From Octopus bimaculoides (taxonomy: Eukaryota), in NCBI RefSeq assembly GCF_001194135.2, contig NC_068985.1, positions 105,761,103-105,824,915 on the forward strand: 63,813 bases of DNA. Direction: 5' to 3'. The number at the start of each line of letters is the position of its first letter. Positions within the stretch are counted from its first letter, which is position 1. Positions 24,830 through 35,759 of this stretch are shown piece after piece. The translations under genes and the position numbers were made by a program. Below the pieces are notes generated by a model. That model saw only the letters and a program-made list of their open reading frames with translations. It was not told the DNA's origin and made no database searches.

Positions 24830-27800
24830 CTGTAAGTAAAATAGAAATTTGAAACAGCTCTGGTACATTACTGAGTCAAATACTGAGCGGTGCTGATATC
24901 ATAGGTGTTAGTGGCAGTGGCAGTGATTTGAGTATCTGGGGTCAGTGGTATTAGTTATGATGGAAGCAGGGTTAATGTGAATCATGAGAGTGTTGTGAGT
25001 GGTTGCGGTGTGTGTAATAGTAATCGTATGAGGTGTGGTTTCAGTAACAGACACACAAGAGAGTAAGAAATATAAATCGGTGAGGAATAGAGTAAGGTGC
25101 AGGGTTAAGTTAATGTGGCTGATAGAAAGGGGAAATGGTACGGTGAAAACTAGATGACTTATTAATCAGTTCACCACAATAAGTTTAATAACCATTTGTT
25201 TTAAATAGCCATAAGACTTTTTTTTTAAAGAGGTGTAATTTAATCAACTTCATTATATTACAAGTATTTATTTATTTACTACCAGAAAAAAAAATCAATA
25301 ATAATGTTGGCCATATTTGAACTTGAAATGTAAATTGTAAAAGTAAATATATGAAGTCTGGTTGTCAACCATGTTTTTTACGTCCTTAAACTCATCACCT
25401 TCACAATGTTAATCATCATAATCTTTAGTTTTACATTTATATTTCCAAGCTGCCATATGTGGAACTGGTTTGTTGTATAATATTTTGTCACTGATCCTGA
25501 TCCTTTGTTGTGTTATTTTATAAGACAACACAGAAGTCAGTTTACAAAGTTGGTAATAATTCCACAGTGACTAGTACATCACCCCATTCTTTCCACGTTT
25601 CATGGGCATATTATTTCACAATTCCAAGGTAAACTGGAACAAACTTACACTACCATATATTTGATGTGTGCTCAAACACACTACAGGAGTTTTGCTGCAT
25701 AGATTTAATTCAAAATTTTACATTTCTATAGCTCACCAAGCTATCAGAGCATGGATACAAGAATATTGTAGAATACTGTACTTACAAAATAGCAGTTTCC
25801 TGTCTGGGGTGACAAATATCTCACATCAACTTAACATATTGTAATAAGCACAAGAGTTTAGGAGACATATACATATTATTTATTTAGATTTAAAGTCCTC
25901 CTGCACTGTGAAACACATGAGGCAGAATGCTCAATCTATCATGATCAATCTGCTGCAGTTCTTACCACTCACATCCAACAAGCTCTCATGTACTTGAGGT
26001 GTTTCTGGAAAATTTAGTGCTAGGTTTTCTTGGAACAGTTCTTCTATTTTTCTTTCTTCTGGTGTCCGTGTCATTGCAGTCTATATATATCAAGTGACTG
26101 GCTGGCACAAAACATCACTTGACAGTTATAACTGATGCAGCACCATGTTTTGCAGTGGCTGGGATTTACTTCACAGAAGGATTACCTCATTTGTAATTCT
26201 ATCTCATCAGGTGTATTTGGGGAATTTCTCCTAATTCTAAATTGTCTCAGTCAACCAATCTGTCAGTTACAGGTACCAGGTCATCTAGGAATATTATCTG
26301 TGATATATAGTTGTCCTATCCATGAAATTTGAGTTAAGTGCAATCAGTTATGAGTCCCTTAACATTACATTATATTTCATATCAGTGTACTGGCTAAAAG
26401 AAATAATTGTCACCTGTCCTTTGCAATGTCTTCTTCAATTTCTGACATTAGGAAAAGAAACTTCAGTTCTTATCCTACAAGGCCCAAATGAAGTTGAATG
26501 AAAATCAAGAGAGGAATTAATAGGTTATTATTGGGAATGTAATACAAGCAAATGCAAAGAACCAGTTTTCAATCACACGACTGTTAGTAACAACAATGCT
26601 GACTTACACTAAGTTGCGATATTATTTGAAAGTTACATTATCTATTGTGCATAGAATTATTGACTACATCTCTAACCATCAGCATTAAGTCATAAACCGT
26701 ATACTGCACACTGCAATATCTACTTCATATTTTACCATCAACAGCAAAATCCATATTAAGTGGCATTATTGACAGCAAGTTGCACCATTTATCATAACAA
26801 GTTTCAACATTCCCTGAGAAGTTTACAGCATCAACACCAAACTTTAAGATGTTTATCAATAAAGCAGTTTTGTACACATTTATGAACTTGCAACACAAAT
26901 CAAAAAAAAAAAAATGGGAATATTTTGTATGAGAGGAGAAGAAAGAAGGTAAAGTGAAAGAATTTTCAATTCTCTTTTCCTTTTTTCATGATACAAGATT
27001 TTGCAAAAAATGCCAGTTATGAAATAAAACCTAGTGGTTTCCTTCAACATCCTATTTCTCTCTATCATCAACATCATGGCTATTATTGTTATAACAATCT
27101 ATATACAACAATATCAATCATTATTATCATCATCGTTGTTGTTGCCATCATCATCATCATCAACATTGTTACAGGTCCTATAAAACAGCATCTCAGGTCT
27201 CCTTCCACCTTCTTCTACCTATATTTCTAAATCACAGCCACTATCTACTATAAAACCATGCCAATTCCCCCACACCACAACATATGATATTCTATATGGA
27301 GAACCAACATATTTGTTTGTCAGTTGCATTTTCATTTCCATTTCCATTGTATTTCACCTTAGCAAAACATCCAATCGATCTCATGCAGCCTATTCATCAA
27401 CAACATTTCTTTTTCAACTTCAAATATCTCTTTACAAAACAAGATGTCACAGTTCTGGAGGCAGTGATAACCAGGTTATACACTCCATATTTCATTGCCG
27501 GAGACTGATCCATGGCAACATGGAACATGGACGTTAAATGATGATGATGATGATGACGATGACGATGACAACGATGATAATGATGTGGGTGTTGATGATG
27601 ATAATGAAAGATAAATATCATTTTAATTTAAATGTGGCAATATTTTACAATTCATCTTCATAATATAATCCATTTTGCAAACAATCTTTTTTACTATAGG
27701 CACAAGGCCTGAAATTTTGCAGGACAGGTGCTAGTCAACTGATTCTTATTTTATCAACCCTAAGATACACTGCATTTGTTTTAATTAATTTTGAAAATAA

Positions 27801-28169
27801 CGAAGAATTTACTTAAATAACTTCGTCATTATTACAATGGTGTTTGGAGCATAGATTAATGTGAAATTTTGATATGACATTTTAATTTGGAGAATTTTAA
27901 AACAGGAAAATTGAATCACAGAACTAAGGGTGATTTCAGAAAGGTTGGTATCAAAACAGTTAATAATAGTAATAAGAATAATTTGTTGCATAAGTTTTAT
28001 GTTACATGTAAAAAAAAAACTTTGGGAATAGAAGAATGTAAAGGTAAAGTGGACCTAGTACATTACTGGATGTAAGGCAAAGTTGAACTTAGAATTTAAA
28101 CGGTTACAACTAAATACCACAAGCTCATTGCTAAATCATTATAAATTCATTCCAGCTTTAGTAGCTCCA

Positions 28170-28246
<77 letters not shown>

Positions 28247-28400
28247 GGTGGTGGTGGTGATTGTGGCAGTAGCAGTAGCGGTGATAGTTATGTCAGTACA
28301 AATGACGATGACAAATACATTGATGAGGGCTATGATGTTGACAACAATAGTGAGGATGAGTGGTGATGGTGGTGGTGGTGGTGGTGGTCATGATTTCTTA
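28170..28400. repeat. (GAT)n-(GGT)n microsatellite block, with an (ATC)n tract at about 28520-28600
   Basis: Directly visible. Confidence 0.95.
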
Positions 28401-28528
28401 AACAGGAATGAACTCCCAGATTTATAGAGCTGAAGAAGTTGGATGTAGCATTCATAAGGTGGAAATAGTTTCAACCAGAAATGGAAATTAGATATGACAA
28501 TTTACTGTGTATTTACTGCATTATCGTT

Positions 28529-28584
<56 letters not shown>

Positions 28585-29009
28585 CATCATCATTAATATT
28601 AACATTGTTGTCATCATTGTCAACAACTACAATAACATTAATAACACAGCAGCAAAAACAGTAACGTCAACAAATTCAAGCAGTTTAAAACATAATAACA
28701 GCAACAACAGGAACACCAACCTAAACCAGTACAATTATTTATTTAACACAATGACAATAAAAATAGAACTTTACAACAAAGTACAAGACAATGCATGGAA
28801 CAGTGTGAATGACAACAATAAGAATTGTGACAACAATAATAGTAACAACAACAACAAACTAGATAAATGAAAGATGACATCAAAGATGAGTCATCCCTTT
28901 TGTGTTTTAAAGTAAATTTTGTTATGATTTTTACTAGAATGAAATGTTTACAAATATATGAGGTATTATGAGATGGTGTCTAAACATAATGATTGTTTGA
29001 TGATTGAAG

Positions 29010-29060
<51 letters not shown>

Positions 29061-29669
29061 TGCTGACTATAAATGAAGGGTAATCTGTTTCTCACCAGGC
29101 ATAATACAACATAAATGAGGGTTCAGGGACAAGACACAATAGCAGAGAAGACCAAAGAGATTAGGAAGAATGACTAGAAATATGGACAGAGATAGGTATG
29201 AGGGTGGAAACATGTATGAGGTTGAGTATTCATATGGATGAGTATTCATATGAGTACAGGTATGATGATGAGTATTGATGATGAATATTGTAAATGATTA
29301 CAAATAGTTATAAGGTTGAGTGTTAATTTTATAATCAAGAGACTGAGTAGAGGTATGTTTGAATACAAGCATAAATATAAGAACAGTATTCACAGACATT
29401 ATTGCTAAAACTGTGGCACGATATATTTCTTTGGATCCAAAAGTCTAGTCTTCAGTGATGTGACAGTGTTGACAAAAAATAAAAGCTGAAATTTGTACAC
29501 GTGACAACAAAGAAGAACATGTATAGATTTTACCTCAAAAATGTTGGTGTAGTTGGTCTGGTTGGTCTGAAATGTTTACAAAGATTTCATTAAGTTAACA
29601 TTTCAGATCAACAATGTTCAGATGAAAAAGACAAGGAAGAAATATTTTAAAATGATAAATAAAATTAGT

Positions 29670-30190
29670 GACATAGGCATGTAATGGTAGTAGATGGTAG
29701 GTATAGTATAGGTAAGTGATAGTGGTATATGGCCTTGTGACTGTAGTGGATAACAGCTAGTGAAGAGTTACATAATGACAACATGGACATGTGCTGATAG
29801 TGGTTGATAGCAAAAGTAATGGTAAGTGACAGTGATGTGGACAGATGATGACAATGGATAGTTGCTACAGCAGAGGTAAGTAGTAACAGTGGTGTGGACA
29901 TGTGATGGTCCTGAGTTGCAGCTACATTAGAGGTGAGTGAGGTGGTATAGATTTATGGAGGTAGCAGATGGTGGCTATAGCAGAGGTAGGTGACAGTGGT
30001 ATGAAGATGTGATTGTCATAGATGTTAGGTGATAACAGTATGGGTATGCATTGGTAGCTACAGAAGAGATAGGTGAGTGGTACAGACATGTGGTTGTAGT
30101 GGTTAGTAGCTACAGTAGAGGTAGGTGATGGTAATATGGATTGTTACCATGGATTGTTAACAGCAAATTAAGGTGAAGGTGATATGAACA
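29670..30190. repeat. Degenerate minisatellite, unit about 55-60 bp
   Basis: Recurring gctacagcagaggtaggtgacagtggtatggacatgtgat-like unit. Confidence 0.6.
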
Positions 30191-31017
30191 TGCAATGATA
30201 GTGATTGTTAGAGTAGGCAAAGATGACAGAAATAGGAATTTGAAATGATTGTAACCTGGAGAAAAAGATTGGGTAATATGATTCATGAAGGAGTCTAAAA
30301 TTCATGGGAGGTGGCTGAAGTAGAGATGAACAAAGGTGGTGTGCAACTAGCTAATTCAGAGGAACAAACACCATTTTAATAGCAATAGAAGTAGAGAGAA
30401 GCAACAGAATGACTCTAAGCTAGAGGTTGTTGTGTGTTTGTGAATGAATTATTGTAAATCAATTGAAATGTTTTCTTTTGGATACAGTCTAAAATGTTTG
30501 TGGATGAGCAACTGCACTATTACATATAAGTATGTAGAGTACCAATGTAGGTCTTATTTGAGCTATGTATTCAGTCAGTAACTGATCAGAAATTAAATAT
30601 TTTGGGGGCTTTGAAGTGAAAGCCTGGTCTTTGAGTTTGGGTTATATTAAAGATGCAGGATTGTCATGAGAAATCATCAGAAATTGTGGTGTCAAACCTT
30701 TTAGCAACTTTGAATACCTCTGGTGTTAATATGTAATGGTAGTAGATGATAGCTAGAAATAAAAGTCACAGTGGTATAGATGTGTGACAAGAGAAGATAG
30801 AATAGTAGTTTATAGGGGCATTTTTATGGTAGTTGATGGTAACTAAAGATGTAAATTATAGTGGTATAGCTTTCGTTTCTTTTACTCCAGCACTTGACAC
30901 TTCTCTTTGGTACAAAACCAAACTTACTTAGTCCTGTTCTTGTCACAATACTTACTTCTTGCAGCTACCACCACCAATAGCAAAAGAACTCCCTTCAGAA
31001 ATCTGTAGGAATCTTAC

Positions 31018-31097
31018 CTGGGACATTCTTGGATTTCTGCTATGTCTTGAGACTCTGATACTCGTATGTCACAGAGATTTGAAGAATCATTGCGAAG
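31018..31097 (-). CDS. Exon B (80 nt, phase 0 to 2): LRNDSSNLCDIRVSESQDIAEIQECP(S)
   Basis: Acceptor tgttattttccAG, donor CCCAG|GTAAGA, open frame. Supplies exactly the phase change needed between exon A and the downstream phase-2 exons. Confidence 0.85.
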
Positions 31098-31225
31098 CTG
31101 GAAAATAACAGCTAAACATCTGAGAATTAATCAACAATGATTAGATCTTATATTTTTATTTAATAGTAGATGAATTGATATTAAATTACAAATATAGTTC
31201 AACTTTTTAAATGCACTTTACATAT

Positions 31226-31390
31226 AGGTGCAGACATGGCTGTGTGGTAAGAAACTTGCTTCTCAACCATATGGTTCCTGGTTCAGTTCCACTACATGAC
31301 ACCTTGGACAAATGTCTTCTACTATAGCTTTGAGGCAACAAAACCTTGAGAGTGGATTTGGCAGATGGAATCTGAAAGAAACCAGTCATG
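31226..31390 (+). mobile_element. SINE family B
   Basis: gacatggctgtgtggtaagaaacttgct...ggttcagttccactacatgacaccttggacaaatgtcttctactatagc. Confidence 0.8.
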
Positions 31391-31396
31391 TATATA

Positions 31397-31628
31397 CAGG
31401 GTGGGCCAAAAGTCACCAGACAGTAAATCAAAATTCCATAAATACTATCTGTAATTCTGTATTGGCTCAAATGGAAAAATATGTCACTCATGAAGGACAT
31501 CATTTGAACAACTTTTATTATGTTTCATATTTAGATGCTTTTATTAAATTCATTCAGTTGTTAAACATATATAAATCTTGGAATTAAATGGTTTTGATTT
31601 ATTGACAGGTGACTTTTGGCCAACCCTG
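31397..31628. mobile_element. 232-bp Tc1/mariner-type MITE in a TA tract
   Basis: TIRs CAGGGTGGGCCAAAAGTCACCAGACAGTAAATCAAAA and (rc) CAGGGTTGGCCAAAAGTCACCTGTCAATAAATCAAAA; TA on both flanks. Confidence 0.9.
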
Positions 31629-31924
31629 TATATATATATATATNNNNNNNNNNNNNNNNNNNNNNNNNNNNNNNNNNNNNNNNNNNNNNNNNNNNNNNNN
31701 NNNNNNNNNNNNNNNNNNNNNNNNNNNNNNNNNNNNNNNNNNNNNNNNNNNNNNNNNNNNNNNNNNNNNNNNNNNNNNNNNNNNNNNNNNNNNNNNNNNN
31801 NNNNNNNNNNNNNTATACAGTTGAGATGGAGCCCCAGTGATTCATTACAGTACTTATCTGGCATACCTAATCATTTAGATCACCCGTGAACTAAACCCCC
31901 ATACTTTATATATATATAATAAGT

Positions 31925-32040
31925 AGCAGGCTTTAAAAAATAAGTACTGGGGTTGATTCATTCAACTAAAAATTCTTCAAGGTGGTGTTCCAGTATGGCT
32001 GCAATATAATGACTGAAACAAGTAAAAACTAAAAAATAAA
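31925..32040 (+). mobile_element. SINE-like repeat family D (3' part)
   Basis: aataagtactggggttgattcattcaactaaaaattcttcaaggtggtg...aatgactgaaacaagtaaaa; reverse copies near 33570-33725, 58100-58710 and 63565-63670. Confidence 0.7.
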
Positions 32041-32839
32041 AAATACAAAAATGAAGGTGAAGGCATAACAAACTCATTCTCTCTTTCTCTCTTTTTCTCT
32101 CTTTCACCTTTTAATCCTGTTTATAAACAAATGTTTCTACCACCCCACCCAGTAAACTCCATTTGGTATATCCCCCAGTTCATCTTAATTAACAAATATA
32201 ATAGCTTGGAGAAATATTTTGTGCTTCTTCACATCTACACCCTGTAGAAAACTGCCCCTTTATTCTCTCTTGCTAAACTTCTGTTAAATTAACTAGTTGG
32301 TCTACCCTAGGCTAAAGTCATTAATTTGTTGGCTTGATGATAAAATCTCATGTTTGTTCTCAAGGACTGAATTTAGTTTTGTCCTCCTATATATCAACAA
32401 ACATTACACACTGGACATTAACGGCATACTCAGTGTAAAAATTTACACATTGAAAGACCACATAAATATACTGTGACATACATATATACACGTACAAGAT
32501 TCTTATGCAGACAAATTTCCCAAAACAAGTATACACAATATATAACACACAACTAAATCAGAAAGATGTATAACACAAGTACATGTCCACACAGACTCCA
32601 CATGCACCCATCCATGCATACTTCACCCTACACACAGCACAACACACATGTACAATTCATGCACATATATACTTTCACTTAACACAACAAAACAGAGTTG
32701 TTATACACACTCATATTCACCCAACACACATACACACCATAAATATTTGCAACATGCATACACACACAACCAAATATACCTCCACAAAAACACACATTCA
32801 CATATAAATACCAAATAAATTTACAACAACCAAGCAACC

Positions 32840-32898
<59 letters not shown>

Positions 32899-33766
32899 CA
32901 TGGACACATATCTGCAGGAATTGATTTCTTCTAGAAATAAGGAGATAAGCCATTGAAAATTGTTCACTCTTATCTGATTCTAAAAATTTCTATAGGCTTC
33001 AGTAATTGCAGAGAAAAGCCTAATATGTATGTATGTGCACATATATATATATATATATATACATATATATACACATACACACACTCTCTTAAACACACAT
33101 ATACAGAAAGAGAGACAAAGAGAGAGAGGAGGGAAGGAGAGAGAGAGAGAGCTAGCTTTCAGCACTGTTGAAAGCAATGGGGGTAGGTGAAGGAAAGACC
33201 TTGCCCAACTCATATTTAGCAATATTTCTTGATGTTGGCACAATGCCACCAACTTATAAAGTAGGGATATAGCTGGTTGAATAAACCCCAGTTCATACTT
33301 GATTCTAAAGACAGTTTATCAAACTTAGAGAAATAAAAACAAAAGTCGGCTTAAGTAGAATTTAAATTCAAAGTAAAAACAGATCATACTAAAACACTGC
33401 AAAGCATTTAATCTCGCTGGTTCTTTACAACTTGTCCCATTTCTTAGGTTTCCAAGTTTAATAAAACTGCTAATAACAATAATCTGTTGACTTGACCACT
33501 CTTTGCAAGAGATGAGATGCAGTTGATCTGACTGACACCAGTGCATCACTGGTGTCAGTCAGTCATTTTTATGTCTTTTATTTCTTACATTTTACTTGTT
33601 TCAGTCATTAGACTGCAGCCTTGCTGGAACACACCACCCTGAAGGATTTTTAGTTGAATGAATCAACCGCAGTACTTATTTTTTTAAAGCCCAGTACTTA
33701 CTCTGATGTCTCTTTTGCCGAATGTATGTATGCATGCATGTGTGTGTGTGTGTATGTATATATATG

Positions 33767-33810
<44 letters not shown>

Positions 33811-33816
33811 TATATA

Positions 33817-33902
<86 letters not shown>

Positions 33903-33906
<4 letters not shown>

Positions 33907-33950
33907 GTTGGCCAAAAGTCACCTGACAGTAAATCAAAACCATTTATCAA
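33903..33950 (+). mobile_element. Solo TIR of the same MITE family
   Basis: (TA)n-CAGAGTTGGCCAAAAGTCACCTGACAGTAAATCAAAACCATTTA. Confidence 0.8.
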
Positions 33951-34882
33951 AATCTCCAAAGGCTTATTAAAAAGTCAAACTTTGGTTAAAAAGTTGGTCT
34001 TTCAAACACCTAGTTCCATTTTCTTTTAAATCCTAGTGAGCAGCACTTTGGGGAAGTGTTTTTTTGCCATAAGTAACTATTTGCAACTATAGTCAACATA
34101 ATTAATTCGAATTGTATTACTGGTATTGACTTTATTGACCACTGAGAGATGCAAAACTAATATAGTCCCACTGCATTACTTGTTTTTGAACTCAGAATAT
34201 ACCAAGATGAAACTAAACACATTATGCCATTCAATCTGGCACTTTGCCACTGTATCACTCAGTATATTTACAATGTATGATTCAATATTAGCACAGGATT
34301 AAGGGAGTAGTAGAAGCTCCCTACAGTGCACCAGCCAAACTGCTTTACATTATTTACTTTCTTCCAACTGTGTCCTATTGATTTTTTTCAAAACCTCCAG
34401 GGTCAAGCATGAGTTTTTGGAGGTTTTTAAAAAATTTTTTATTAGAACTTGTTTGAAGACTGAGTTTTGGGATTCTTTTGTACCATATTATGAGTGAAAC
34501 ATCTGTTAATTCCCTACTTACTGCCAGAGCTTCTTTTAACTGAGGTAAATTCTTCTCAGGTAAAACAGTTTTTATTTTATATCACCTTGTAAAAGAGATA
34601 GTGCAAGTGAAATGTATCAACAAGTTTAACGAAGCAACTAGTCATGTATTAGAAATAATTCAATCAACTATACCCTCTCCTCTACAAATTATACCAGTGT
34701 AAAAATTATTATTTATCGCCAACATGGATGAAACACTAAAGACTAGATCTTCAAATGCACAACAATTACTGGCAATATCAAATAATTTTCTTCAGATTTC
34801 CTTTGTTGGGAAAGTGGAATTACAGGATATAAAGAAGAGGCTGTGGGATGCTTTAACAATAATTACAACAGGAGCTACTTAC

Positions 34883-35278
34883 CCCTAATATGGGCCTCGT
34901 ATACAATTCTCTCACATATCTCCGCAGCAGAGACCTTTGCCGAGCAAACTGTGACCTTTGGGGGCAAAGGTGACTTAAGGCACCGCGAGCGATAACCAAA
35001 ATCCCTGCCCCTATCAGGACAGGCCCTGCGTATCGGTTGACATGCTCATTTTTGTAGTCCTCAAGGTTCTGAAAAGTCAGTGATGTGATAATAACTCCAA
35101 CAACCAGCAGCAACAATCCAGATATAATGTAGCATAGAGCATTTTCTAGTAAGTAGGCACAAGGGTTCCCTACTGGTGGGTACAAGCTAACGTCCATCGG
35201 CTGTCGCCATGTGAATACACCTGTAGCTTGCATGGTAGTGGGAGGAGGCAGAGAAACTGGTGAGAGGGGATAGGAAAC
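34883..35278 (-). CDS. Exon A of a predicted 2-TM membrane protein with PPxY-rich tail (likely ATG at 35233; encodes both TM helices)
   Basis: Acceptor ttttctttccatttctttcAG|GTTTCC (AG 35280-35279). Open frame VSYPLSPVSLPPPTT-MQATG...CYIISGLLLLVVGVIITSLTF..YAGPVLIGAGILVIARGAL...RPILG. ATG context ACCATG. Donor GGG|GTAAGT (GT 34882-34881), phase 0. Confidence 0.9.
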
Positions 35279-35759
35279 CTGAAAGAAATGGAAAGAAAAG
35301 TATTATTTCATATAGGCTTGTGGGCAAATTACAATATGCTGACAACTTGCATTGGTGGTGTCACACAGTAGGATGATAAAGGGGTGTGATCAGTGTTGTG
35401 GTACTTATGCTGTTGAGACAGCAGTGTTGTACACTGCTGTGGTATACTAGATGTTATACAAGGGTGTGGTCATTGCTGCAGAACCCTGATGTGGTATAAT
35501 TTTGTAAAATAGTTCTGTGATACAGTGAGCTACTGGTAGCAATGAAGGTGATGATGATGGTGATTATTGTCATCACTATCATGATGATTTATCTACTAAT
35601 TTAAGTTTCCAGTATATATATATACACAGTACATAAACAGCTACTCAACAGAATAGTACAGTCAACAATAAAGTATAAATATACACACACACACACCTTT
35701 TTAATCAACAACTTGCTACCAACCAAACAGAAAGGATATAGAAAGAGAAGCTATAGTTG

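Noticed and set aside
25950-26070. Short minus-strand ORF MTRTPEERKIEELFQENL... with a GTGAGT
   Set aside because: Donor phase does not fit the gene model and no good acceptor was found.
29067-29249. ORF containing PPSY (MNTHPY...FPPSY)
   Set aside because: Low-complexity context; the nearby AG/GT pair gives a stop in the required phase.
34853-34882. VSSSCCNYC* end of ORF 34853..35233
   Set aside because: Read-through past the GTAAGT donor into the intron.
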